A DNA stretch of 44,466 bases from Dehalococcoidia bacterium (GTDB lineage Bacteria; Chloroflexota; Dehalococcoidia; UBA2979): the NCBI GenBank assembly GCA_030684635.1, contig JAUXUW010000247.1, forward strand, positions 1 to 44,466, given 5' to 3'. How positions within the stretch are numbered: the first letter of the stretch is position 1; each line of letters opens with the position of its first letter. Below are positions 1 to 8,063 of this stretch, piece by piece. The translations under genes and the position numbers were made by a program. The notes under the pieces are model-generated. The model was not told where the DNA came from, ran no database searches, and saw nothing but the letters and a program-made list of their open reading frames with translations.

Positions 1-612
1 CAGCAGAGCATCCTCAGGTTCCTGGAGGAGTTCATCGCCGAGCACGACTATCCGCCGTCCATCCGCGACATTCAGTCCGGCTGTGACATCTCCTCCACCT
101 CGGTCGTGGACTACAACCTCAAACGGCTCGAGGAGAAGGGCTACATCCGGCGCGACCGGGAGGTGTCCCGCGCGATCGAACTCCTGAACGGCCAGGGCGA
201 ACGTCGTCGCCGCACCCTTCAGGTGCCGGTGCTCGGCAAGATCGCGGCGGGCCTGCCGCTGCCGGTCTATCCGGACACGATGGCGCCCCTCGAGGTGATC
301 GATCTGACCGAGGACATGACCTCCGGCCGCACCGGCAACTTCTACGCGCTGCGGGTGCAGGGTACCTCGATGATCGATGCTCTCATCAATGACGGCGACC
401 TGGTGATCCTGGAGCCGCGCGAGACGGCCGATCCCGGCGACGTGGTCGCCGCGTGGATCGTGGACCGCGAGGAGACCACCCTTAAGAAGTACTACCCGGA
501 GGGCAAGCAGGTCCGCCTGCAGCCGATGAACGCGACGATGGACCCGATCTACGAGGACGCGACGAACGTGCGCGTCCAGGGCCGCCTCGTCGGCACGATC
601 CGCTCCTTCTAG
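1..612 (+). CDS. lexA: LexA repressor (SOS regulator), 5' end cut by the window edge
   Basis: Frame 1 is open from nt 1 (QQSILRFLEEFIAEHDYPPSIRDIQ..., winged-helix N-domain). It continues into the Ala-Gly cleavage region (GKIAAGLP) and the S24 peptidase core, with the Ser motif (VQGTSMIDA) and a Lys (TLKKYY). Stop TAG is at 610-612. Confidence 0.9.
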   Translation, partial: QQSILRFLEEFIAEHDYPPSIRDIQSGCDISSTSVVDYNLKRLEEKGYIRRDREVSRAIELLNGQGERRRRTLQVPVLGKIAAGLPLPVYPDTMAPLEVIDLTEDMTSGRTGNFYALRVQGTSMIDALINDGDLVILEPRETADPGDVVAAWIVDREETTLKKYYPEGKQVRLQPMNATMDPIYEDATNVRVQGRLVGTIRSF

Positions 613-660
613 GTCGCTCGCCGGTCGCTCGCCGCGACGGGCAGGGGCTGCCGCCGTCGG
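612..660. repeat. Copy of a short GC-rich repeat that sits directly after stop codons, here with an 11-nt internal tandem duplication
   Basis: GGTCGCTCGCC-GGTCGCTCGCC-GCGACGGGCAGGGGCTGCCGCCGTCGG starts at the G of the lexA TAG. Most positions are identical by eye to 1799-1837 and to the reverse complement of 2027-2061. Confidence 0.6.
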
Positions 661-714
661 TGGGGGCGGGCGAGGCAGAGGCGACCTGCGGCTACGGCAG
701 AGCAAGATCGAAGG

Positions 715-735
715 GGCCGCGCCTAATGCGCGGCC
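715..735 (+). terminator. Hairpin downstream of lexA (possible intrinsic terminator)
   Basis: GGCCGCGC-ctaat-GCGCGGCC is a perfect 8-bp stem, extendable with one mismatch. It is followed by cggtgttcgtg, a weak T tract. Confidence 0.4.
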
Positions 736-776
736 TCTCGGTGTTCGTGCGCATGAGGCTGCGATAGGCTCGGCGG

Positions 777-1799
777 ATGGAAGTAACCTCCCCGACCGCA
801 CCGTCCACCGAGGCACGTGAACCGCTGATCTCGGCACGGGACGTGCGCGTGACCTACAAGACCAACGACGGCCAGTTGCCCGCCGTGCGCGGCGTGTCGT
901 TCGACCTTCATGCCGGTGAGGTACTGACGTTCGTGGGCGAGTCCGCCTCCGGGAAGTCCACGATCGCGCTCGCGATCCTCGGACTGTTGCCGTCGAACGC
1001 GACGGTGACGGGCGACATCTTCTACCGGGGCCAGTCCGTAGCGGAGATGAGCCCGCAGGAGTTGCGGAACATGCGCGGCACCGAGATCGGGATGATCTTC
1101 CAGGACGGGCGCGCGGCGCTGACGCCGACGATGCGTATCGGCGAGCAGATCGCAGAGGCGTTCCGCGAGCACAAGGGGATGGAGATGGAGGCTTCCCTTG
1201 AGGCCGCCGTCGAGGTGCTCGGGCGCGTGTTCCCTGATCCGCGTCGCGTTGCGGACGCCTACACCTTTCAGATCTCTGGCGGCATGGCCCAGCGCGTGAT
1301 GATCGCGATGGCGACGGCGATGAAGCCGAGTGTGATCATCGCGGATGAGCCGACCGCGAACCTGGACCCCGCCGTGCGGCACGAGATGCTGACGGCGATC
1401 GAGGAACTGCGGGACGCCGGCACGGGGATCCTGGCGATCACGCACGACTTCGGCGTGGTCGCACGCCTCGCCGACCGCGTGGGGGTCATGTACGCCGGGG
1501 TGCTGGTGGAGACGGCGGATGTCCGTACGACCTTCAAGACGCCGAAGCATCCGTACACCTTCGGTTTGCTCAGCAGCATCCCGACGCTGGCGCCGCCGCG
1601 CGGGAAACTGGTCGCGATGCGCGGCAACCCGCCCGACCTGATGACTCTGCAGGACGAGTGCGCGTTTCTCCCGCGCTGCTCGAAGGCGATCGGCGCCTGC
1701 CGGACCGACCCGGAGCCGTCGCTCACGCCGGTCCTCGACTCTTCCGAGGGCCACACCGTCCGCTGCTACAACCCGATGGCCGTCCCCTTCCGCGAGTAG
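777..1799 (+). CDS. ABC transporter ATP-binding protein, oligopeptide/dipeptide (OppD/DppD) type, orphan
   Basis: Walker A GESASGKST, signature ISGGMAQR, Walker B VIIADEPT and H-loop ITHD are present. There is also the C-terminal Opp-type extension (HPYTFGLLSSIP ... C-rich tail). No permease or binding-protein gene is adjacent. Confidence 0.85.
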   Translation: MEVTSPTAPSTEAREPLISARDVRVTYKTNDGQLPAVRGVSFDLHAGEVLTFVGESASGKSTIALAILGLLPSNATVTGDIFYRGQSVAEMSPQELRNMRGTEIGMIFQDGRAALTPTMRIGEQIAEAFREHKGMEMEASLEAAVEVLGRVFPDPRRVADAYTFQISGGMAQRVMIAMATAMKPSVIIADEPTANLDPAVRHEMLTAIEELRDAGTGILAITHDFGVVARLADRVGVMYAGVLVETADVRTTFKTPKHPYTFGLLSSIPTLAPPRGKLVAMRGNPPDLMTLQDECAFLPRCSKAIGACRTDPEPSLTPVLDSSEGHTVRCYNPMAVPFRE

Positions 1800-2060
1800 G
1801 TCGCTCGGCGCGACCGCCAGGGGCTGCCGCGGGTCGCTGACAGCGTTCGGGTTGGCGACCAAGGCTCATCTTCGGCCTCATCGGCGCGTGCGAGGACTGA
1901 CGGCGCGCTTCGACACGCTCAGCGCGAACGGACTCGGAACCGGATGTCATTCGCCCTCCCCGCGCAGGGGAAGGGGCAGGGGGCAGGGGGCCCGCCCTGC
2001 TCGTCGCCGAGGCGCGCACTCAGCGCCCGGCGGCAGCCCCTGGCGGTCGCGCCGAGCGAC
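1800..2060. repeat. Perfect 31-bp inverted repeat (arms 1800-1830 and 2030-2060) bracketing a 199-bp spacer
   Basis: GTCGCTCGGCGCGACCGCCAGGGGCTGCCGC at 1800-1830 is the exact reverse complement of 2030-2060, checked base by base. The left arm begins one nt after the TAG of the ABC ATPase. The right arm lies in the last codons of holA. The same sequence family occurs at 612-660. Confidence 0.8.
1967..1990 (+). other. Canonical G-quadruplex-forming tract
   Basis: GGGGAAGGGGCAGGGGGCAGGGGG has four G runs of 4-5 separated by three 2-nt loops. It lies inside the spacer of the 31-bp inverted repeat, between convergent genes. Confidence 0.6.
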
Positions 2061-3081
2061 TGTGGCGAGGGGCGAGCGAGGCGAGTTGCACCACGAGCAA
2101 CTCGAGCGCGAGCGTATCCGCGAGGCGGCCCGTCTTCACGGAGAAGTCCGTGTGCTCCACCGCCCTCAGCGCGGCCTCCACGGCGCCGCGATGGGTGGCG
2201 CGGGCCTGGCGCATCAGCTTCGTCAGCGGGAAGCCACCGCGCAGATTCGTGGCGGCTGCTACGTCGTCCTGGGTGCCGCCCTGTTCGAGCACCTCGGTGG
2301 CGCGGACGAGCTGCCGGATCTGGCGCGCGACGAGCAGCTGCACATGGCCAGGGGACTCGGAGCCGTCCTCCAGCATCCGCCGCAGCAGTTTCAGGCCGTT
2401 CGAGGCGTGCCCCTCCACGATCGCATCGACCAGTTCGAAGATGCTCTCCTCGCGCGACTGGGGTGTGAGGAGCCGCACGTCGTTCGCGGTGATCGTGCGG
2501 CCGTTGGTGTACGCCCAGAGCTTGTCGAGTTCGCTGGCGAGGCCGCGGAGGTTTGCCCCCATCAGGTCGGAGAGCGTCTGGATCGCCGGCGGCTCGATCG
2601 AGATCCCGCGACGTACGGCGCGGTCCTGCAGCCACTGCGCCACCTCGGACGGACCACCGCGCGCCCAGTCCTTGAGCAGGTAGAACTGCTCCACCTTCAC
2701 GTTCGGGAGCGCCTTGAGCGCGGCGAGCAGGGGGGAGCGCCCGGTCGCGTCGTCGCGGTCGTCCCGCTTCGGCGGTTCCAGCAGCACCACGTGGTTGGTC
2801 TCCGGCATCAGCGGGACGAAGTCCAGGAACGGCTGCCATGCCTCGGCGGCACCCCGGCGGTTGCCGACCGCGCCGAGGAGGCCCTCCACGATGACCAGCC
2901 GCGCAGGCGCCAGGAACGGGATCGCGGAGGCGTGCTGGAGCAACTCCTGCGGCGTCAGCCCGCGCCCGGCGAGCGTCGAGGTGTTCGAGGAGAGCGAGCC
3001 GTCGCTGTCCAGGGACGCGCGCAACTCGCGCAGCCGTTCGGAGGCGCGGAACTCGTCAGGGCCGCTGAACACGTACAGCAC
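2020..3081 (-). CDS. holA: DNA polymerase III delta subunit
   Basis: 353 aa. The N-terminus MLYVFSGPDEF..., the length and the helical C-terminal half (LKLLRRMLEDGESPGHVQLLVARQIRQL...) are typical of HolA. The final ~11 codons (SARPPGAAAGR) are encoded by the repeat arm. Confidence 0.8.
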   Translation of the reverse strand: MLYVFSGPDEFRASERLRELRASLDSDGSLSSNTSTLAGRGLTPQELLQHASAIPFLAPARLVIVEGLLGAVGNRRGAAEAWQPFLDFVPLMPETNHVVLLEPPKRDDRDDATGRSPLLAALKALPNVKVEQFYLLKDWARGGPSEVAQWLQDRAVRRGISIEPPAIQTLSDLMGANLRGLASELDKLWAYTNGRTITANDVRLLTPQSREESIFELVDAIVEGHASNGLKLLRRMLEDGSESPGHVQLLVARQIRQLVRATEVLEQGGTQDDVAAATNLRGGFPLTKLMRQARATHRGAVEAALRAVEHTDFSVKTGRLADTLALELLVVQLASLAPRHSRSARPPGAAAGR

Positions 3082-3117
3082 GAAGGGCTCCCCGGCGCGC
3101 GCCTGCGACGCGCGCGA

Positions 3118-3411
3118 TCAGTCGATCTCGAGCTGCCAGCCGAACCAGGCGACGAGCGTGGTGAGGGCGAAGATCGCCGCACCCGGCCAGAGCAGCGTCC
3201 CGGCGAGATTCGCCCCGTTCGCCGTGGCCTCGTACCCGGCCCAACCAGCGGCGACAACGATGCCGGGGAGAGGCAGCCAGCGCGGGAAGCGCGGGTCGTC
3301 GTCGTCGACCAGGGCCTGACGGAGTAACTCGCCGGCGGTCACCGGGCGGTCCGCAGCATGTTCGCCCGCATGGGCGTCCTTGCCGTCGTGTGCCTCGTGC
3401 TCGTCGCTCAT
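3118..3411 (-). CDS. Small membrane protein with a His/Asp-rich N-terminus (hypothetical)
   Basis: An internal ATG at 3411 gives 97 aa: MSDEHEAHDGKDAHAGEH... followed by two hydrophobic segments. The longer 274-aa ORF upstream overlaps the MFS gene and looks like a GC artefact. Confidence 0.5.
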   Translation of the reverse strand: MSDEHEAHDGKDAHAGEHAADRPVTAGELLRQALVDDDDPRFPRWLPLPGIVVAAGWAGYEATANGANLAGTLLWPGAAIFALTTLVAWFGWQLEID

Positions 3412-3476
3412 CGTTCCCCCGGTCCGCCCTCGATGGTAGGGCGCGGCGCGCGAGGGCGTCGACCGCCGGTGTCCGG

Positions 3477-4706
3477 CTACGCGGGGACGCCTGCCGGCCG
3501 CGCGAGCAGATCGCCGGCGCGGCGCCACGCGAGGTACGCGACAAGGACCGCGGTCGCGTACACCAGAGAGGTCAGGCTCAGCGCGGTCGCCATCCCCAGC
3601 CGGTCGACGCCCAGGCCGACGACGGGCGTGATCAGGATGCTGCCCGCGCTCGCGACCACGCTGGCGACCGAGATCGTGGTAGCGCGCAGGCTGTCCGGTG
3701 CGCGCCTCGAGAGGTAGTCCGCGAAGTGCGGCCACATCACGTTCCACCCGAACGCCGGGAAGATGAATAGCGGATAGAGCCAGATGCTCCCGGGGATCAC
3801 GGCCAGCAGCGCCAGCGTGCTCAGGAGTGGCATCAGCAGGAAGGTCCGGCGCAGCGTCAGCCATCGCCCGAAGCGATCCGCGACCGCGGAGCCGAATGCG
3901 GCCACCGCCATCTGCAGCGCCACGAACAGGCCCACCGACCACAACGGCATTCCGGCGTCCACGACCAGGATCTGCTGCGTCACGCCGACGAGGGCGATTG
4001 AGAACGTCGTGAGCGCCATCAGCACGATCGCCGAGCGCAGCGGCGCGGAGCGGGCGACGCCGGAGAGCGCGAGGCGGCCCGTCTGCAGGTAGGAGTGGCG
4101 CTCGTCCTCACGCGGCGGCTCGTGCATCCGCCAGGCGAGCACGATCGCGGGGAGGCTCAGGGCCGCGCTCAGCAGGATCGGCGTCGTCAGTGGCGTCCAG
4201 CGGACCATGACGCTGCCGATCACCGTCCACGCGGCGATCGCGCTGAGGAGCAGCGCGTTCAGGCGGCCGTTCCAGGCGGTGAACTCGTCCTCGCGCCCCT
4301 CGCCTTTCAGCGAGTCGAAGAGCATCGCGCTGTCGGCGCCGGAGAACAGCGTCTCCGAGAAGCCGAAGAGCGCGTAGGCGAGGAGCAGTACGCCGATGAA
4401 CGGCGACAGCCCGAAGGCGAGGAACCCGAGGATCACCGTGACGCTGCCGACGATCAGCGAGGCACGGCGCCCGAAGCGGTCCGCCAGCATTCCCGTCGGC
4501 ACCTCGCCCAGCACGACGACGGCGGCGAAGACTGCCTCGAATAGCAGGACCTGGCCGAGCGTGAGTCCGCGCTCCCGGGTGAGGTAGAGCACCCAGATGC
4601 CCTCGCCGAGCCACGCCCAGCGAAAGACCCACCACCACGGCAGGAGTTTCAGGTTCCGCTGCATGGCGGAATGGGGCGGTGGCGGGGTGGCTGAGGCGTC
4701 GGTCAC
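3477..4706 (-). CDS. MFS transporter
   Basis: 409 aa and hydrophobic throughout, with about 12 segments. The MFS loop motif GMLADRFGRR recurs in the second half as VADRFGRW. Confidence 0.85.
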   Translation of the reverse strand: MTDASATPPPPHSAMQRNLKLLPWWWVFRWAWLGEGIWVLYLTRERGLTLGQVLLFEAVFAAVVVLGEVPTGMLADRFGRRASLIVGSVTVILGFLAFGLSPFIGVLLLAYALFGFSETLFSGADSAMLFDSLKGEGREDEFTAWNGRLNALLLSAIAAWTVIGSVMVRWTPLTTPILLSAALSLPAIVLAWRMHEPPREDERHSYLQTGRLALSGVARSAPLRSAIVLMALTTFSIALVGVTQQILVVDAGMPLWSVGLFVALQMAVAAFGSAVADRFGRWLTLRRTFLLMPLLSTLALLAVIPGSIWLYPLFIFPAFGWNVMWPHFADYLSRRAPDSLRATTISVASVVASAGSILITPVVGLGVDRLGMATALSLTSLVYATAVLVAYLAWRRAGDLLARPAGVPA

Positions 4707-4761
4707 GAGGAGCGAACGCGCCTCCCGCGCGAAGGTTCCCCCGGGCCCTACGCCCGAGGGG

Positions 4762-5553
4762 CTATGGGAAGAGGTCGAGCGCCATCTCCCGCACGATCTC
4801 GGTCGCCGAGCCCTCGCCGCGGGTGTAGGCGAAGCCCCGCACGATCGCCGCCGGGATCGCGTCCAGTTTGCCCATCACCATCTCCGCCGCGCCGGCGATT
4901 TCGTCCGCGACACAGAGCAGCGTTACGCGCAGCTCGTGGCCGTCCAGGTCGCGCTGGCCGATGTAGTCGTGGAAGGGCTTCATCCCCGCCACGCCGATCG
5001 CCACGTTTGTCTGTCCCAGGCGCCAGGGCCGTCCGAAGGTGTCCGTCATCACCACGGCGACATCGATGTCCAGTCGCGCGCGGATGGCGTCGCGAATGCG
5101 GCGGCAGGAGGCGTCCGGGTCCACCGGGAGCAGGCAGACGAGATCCTGGCCGCCAGTGTTGGAGGCGTCCACACCGGCGTTGGCGCACTTCAGGCCGTGG
5201 TGCGTCTCCGTAATCAGCACGCCGCCGGCCTGACGGATGATCCGCTTCGACTCGCGGAGCACGGCCTCCACGACCCGCGGGTCCTTCTCCGTGCGCTGCG
5301 CGTAGTGGAGCGCGAACGGGCTGGGGACGAAGTGGTCCATCGGGTAGATGCGGCCCTCCGCCTTCGACACGATCCGCTGCGTGATGGCGACCACGTCGCC
5401 TTCCTGCAGCGGCGTGCCCTGCGCGGACGCGGCGGTGATCACCAGGTCGGCGATGTCGTCGTTCGGCTGCACCATCGGGATGCCGCGGACGCCGATCACC
5501 CGCACCTCGGGCGCGGACGGCGGGGGCGGCGGTGGGGTGGGGGTGGACGTCAT
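4762..5553 (-). CDS. cofE: Coenzyme F420-0:L-glutamate ligase (CofE / FbiB N-domain type)
   Basis: The core ...DVVAITQRIVSKAEGR...ITETHHGLKCANAGVDASN...VMTDTFGRPWRLGQTNVAIG...ADEIAGAAEMVMGK is characteristic of CofE. I placed the start at the internal ATG at 5553 (MTSTPTPPPP), which has GAGG upstream. The ORF track extends to 5721. Confidence 0.85.
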   Translation of the reverse strand: MTSTPTPPPPPPSAPEVRVIGVRGIPMVQPNDDIADLVITAASAQGTPLQEGDVVAITQRIVSKAEGRIYPMDHFVPSPFALHYAQRTEKDPRVVEAVLRESKRIIRQAGGVLITETHHGLKCANAGVDASNTGGQDLVCLLPVDPDASCRRIRDAIRARLDIDVAVVMTDTFGRPWRLGQTNVAIGVAGMKPFHDYIGQRDLDGHELRVTLLCVADEIAGAAEMVMGKLDAIPAAIVRGFAYTRGEGSATEIVREMALDLFP

Positions 5554-5599
5554 CGGGGAGCCTCGCTTCGGCGCGGGTGCGCGCGACCGTAGGGTCGCG

Positions 5600-6277
5600 T
5601 TACTGGTGGTCAGAGAGTCCGGCGATGCGCACGCCGGTGTGAGCCTTGTAGCGGCCGTTGATGCCAATGAGGAGGATGGTGAGCCCCTCCACGAAGCGGG
5701 AAAAGCGGAGCGGTCCGGCATCGACCGCCGTCACCCCGGCGATTTCGCCCGCGAGCGCCATCACCGTCTGCTTCGCCTCTGCGTCGCCGCCGGTGACCAG
5801 GACATCCGCGTCTACCGGGGCGTCCGGGTCCAGCAGCACCTCTGCCGCGAGGTTGTGGAACGCGCCGATGACGCGGGAGGCGGGCAGGATCTCGGCGGCT
5901 TCCTCCGTCGCCGACCCGGCCGGCACGTCGACCGGGCGTGGGCCACGGTCGAAGACCACGGGGACGACCGCGTCGACCACGATGCGGCCGTCGAGGGCGC
6001 TCCGGAGCCCCTCCAGCGTCGCGCGGTGTGCCGCGTACGGCACCACGACCACCACGATGTCCGCGTCCGCCACCGCCTGCGCGTTGTCGCCGCCGGTGAC
6101 CCGGTCCGCGGCGACACCGTGGCCGGCGAGGCGCTCTGCGAGTTCGCGCGCGGCGTCCACGCCCCGGGCAGCCTCGCGCGAGCCGATGGCGACGCGGTGG
6201 CCGGCGAGTGCGAACCGTGTCGCCAGGCCACGGCCCTCCGGGCCGGTGCCGCCGACGAGCGCGATCGTGTGAGGCAT
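5600..6277 (-). CDS. npdG: NADPH-dependent F420 reductase
   Basis: MPHTIALVGGTGPEGRGLATRFALAGHRV is a Rossmann N-terminus, and the C-terminus ...LIGINGRYKAHTGVRI is typical of Fno/NpdG. Start is at ATG 6277. The upstream extension to 6442 overlaps the divergent gene. Confidence 0.8.
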   Translation of the reverse strand: MPHTIALVGGTGPEGRGLATRFALAGHRVAIGSREAARGVDAARELAERLAGHGVAADRVTGGDNAQAVADADIVVVVVPYAAHRATLEGLRSALDGRIVVDAVVPVVFDRGPRPVDVPAGSATEEAAEILPASRVIGAFHNLAAEVLLDPDAPVDADVLVTGGDAEAKQTVMALAGEIAGVTAVDAGPLRFSRFVEGLTILLIGINGRYKAHTGVRIAGLSDHQ

Positions 6278-6413
6278 GGAGCGTCCTATCTGCTTCCGAC
6301 CGTCCGGGCGCCGGGCGTACCATCGTGCGGCCGCCGACGCCGCGTGCTGAGCGTCGCTATCCTCGCAGCCCGGCGCTGAGTTCGGAAGCCCCGCCCGAAG
6401 GGACGCCCCCAGG

Positions 6414-7181
6414 TTGTCGATGTCCACCGGCGCCGCCGCCATCGAGGTCCGTGGCCTCGCCCACCGCTATCACGGCGCCGAGGGCGCCCTGCAGGCGCTC
6501 GACCGTATCGATCTGTCCGTGGCGGACGGGGAGTTCGTGTCCCTGGTGGGTCCGTCCGGCTGCGGCAAGACCACGCTGCTGCGCGCCATCGGCGGCCTGC
6601 TCCGTGTGGAGACGGGCGAGGTGCAGGTGCTCGGGGTCGACCCGGAGGAGGCCCAGCAGCGGCGGCTCTTCGGGCTGGTGTCCCAGGAGCCCGGCCTGTT
6701 GCCCTGGCGCAGCGTGGAGGCGAACGTCCGCCTGCCGCTGGAGGTCACCGGCGCCGCCGCAGATGTGCGGGCGCTGCTGACACGGGTGGGGATCGGCGAG
6801 TTCGCCCGCTATGCGCCGCGCCAACTGTCCGGCGGCATGCGCCAGCGGGTCGCCCTGGCACGGGCGCTGGTGCACGGGCCGCGCGTGCTGTTGATGGACG
6901 AGCCGTTCGGTGCGCTGGACGAACTGTCGCGCGAGGCGATGCGGCTGGAGTTGTTGCGCCTGTGGGAGTCCGAACGGATCACGGTGCTGTTCGTAACCCA
7001 CTCGATCCGCGAGGCGGTGCTGCTGTCCGACCGGGTGGTGGTAATGGCGCCGCGCCCCGGCCGCATCCTGGACGACCTGCGCGTGCCGCTCCCGCGCCCC
7101 CGCACCGATGCGCTGGAGGAGACGCCGGAGTTCGCCGCGCTTGTCACGCGTATCCGCGCCGTGCTGCGGGAGGCCCAGTGA
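6414..7181 (+). CDS. ABC transporter ATP-binding protein, NitT/TauT (nitrate/sulfonate/taurine) family
   Basis: Walker A GPSGCGKTT, signature LSGGMRQR, Walker B LLMDEPF and H-loop VTHS are present. The start may be TTG 6414 or ATG 6420. Confidence 0.85.
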   Translation: MSMSTGAAAIEVRGLAHRYHGAEGALQALDRIDLSVADGEFVSLVGPSGCGKTTLLRAIGGLLRVETGEVQVLGVDPEEAQQRRLFGLVSQEPGLLPWRSVEANVRLPLEVTGAAADVRALLTRVGIGEFARYAPRQLSGGMRQRVALARALVHGPRVLLMDEPFGALDELSREAMRLELLRLWESERITVLFVTHSIREAVLLSDRVVVMAPRPGRILDDLRVPLPRPRTDALEETPEFAALVTRIRAVLREAQ

Positions 7182-7954
7182 GGCGCGGGCGGCTGAGCGG
7201 CCTCGCGGCCGGCGCCCTGCCCCCGGCGGTGTTCGTCCTCGTGCTGTTCGTCGCGTGGGACCTGTATGTGCGCTGGCGGGACGTGAAGGCCTACCTGCTG
7301 TCGCCGCCGGTGGAGGTGTTTCGCGCGCTTGCCACCGACCCCGGTCGGTTCGCGGACGCGGCGGCTGAGTCGCTCACTGCCGCCCTCGGTGGGCTCTTGA
7401 TCGCGAGCGTGGTCGCGTTCGGGTTGGCGGTGGTGATGGCGCACTCGCGCACGCTGGAGCGGGCGCTCTACCCGCCGGCGCTGCTGGTGAAGGTGACGCC
7501 GATCGTCGCGATCTACCCGCTGCTCGCGATCTGGTTTGGCTTCGGTATTGGCCCGAAGGTGGCGATCGCGGCGCTGATCACGTTCTTTCCGATGCTGGTG
7601 AATGCGGTGGTGGGGCTGCGCAGCATCGACCCGCAGGCGCACGATTTCATGCGTGTGCTGCACGCCTCGCGGTGGCAGGTCTTCTGGCGGCTCCGCCTGC
7701 CCTCCTCGCTGCCGTACGTGTTCGCGGCGCTGCGGATTAGCGTGCCGCTATCGCTGGTTGGCGCGGTGGTCGCGGAGTTCCTGTCCGGTTCCTCCGGCAT
7801 GGGGCAGTTGATCCTGATCGCGAATGGCGACTTCGACACGGCCGGGCTATTTGGCGCGGCACTGGTCCTGGCGGCGATGGGGGTTTCCCTGACCGCCGCC
7901 GTCTCGTATGTTGAGGGCCGCGTGCTGACCTGGCACGACTCCTCGGGCGGATAG
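7178..7954 (+). CDS. ABC transporter permease, NitT/TauT family
   Basis: The GTG at 7178 overlaps the ATPase stop (GTGA). The product is a six-segment hydrophobic protein with a binding-protein-dependent transport signature region (RVLHASRWQVFWRLRLPSSLPYVFAALR). Confidence 0.85.
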   Translation: MRRGRLSGLAAGALPPAVFVLVLFVAWDLYVRWRDVKAYLLSPPVEVFRALATDPGRFADAAAESLTAALGGLLIASVVAFGLAVVMAHSRTLERALYPPALLVKVTPIVAIYPLLAIWFGFGIGPKVAIAALITFFPMLVNAVVGLRSIDPQAHDFMRVLHASRWQVFWRLRLPSSLPYVFAALRISVPLSLVGAVVAEFLSGSSGMGQLILIANGDFDTAGLFGAALVLAAMGVSLTAAVSYVEGRVLTWHDSSGG

Positions 7955-8063
7955 TGCCCGCGCTCACGGCGCGGATGCCACCCGGCGGACGACCCACTCG
8001 CGCGTGTAGCGCCCGCACGACTGACGTGCGGATGCACGCACCGGACCACCGGGGTGCATCCTC

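Noticed and set aside
723-1862. 379-aa minus-strand ORF antisense to the OppD-type ATPase
   Set aside because: The product is rich in Arg/His/Gly/Pro and low in complexity. It fully overlaps a gene with clear Walker and signature motifs. It is a typical stop-codon-poor antisense frame in high-GC DNA.
1852-3327. 491-aa plus-strand ORF, and nested ORFs at 1919-2839 and 1944-2468, overlapping holA
   Set aside because: These are antisense or out of frame to a recognisable HolA. The compositions are Arg/Ala/Gly/Pro-biased with no domain-like motifs.
6962-7177. Upstream part of the 330-aa ORF for the ABC permease
   Set aside because: This portion overlaps the ATPase gene in another frame and is Arg/Pro/Gly-rich. 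The GTG at 7178, which forms a GTGA overlap with the ATPase stop, precedes the first hydrophobic segment and gives a normal-length permease.
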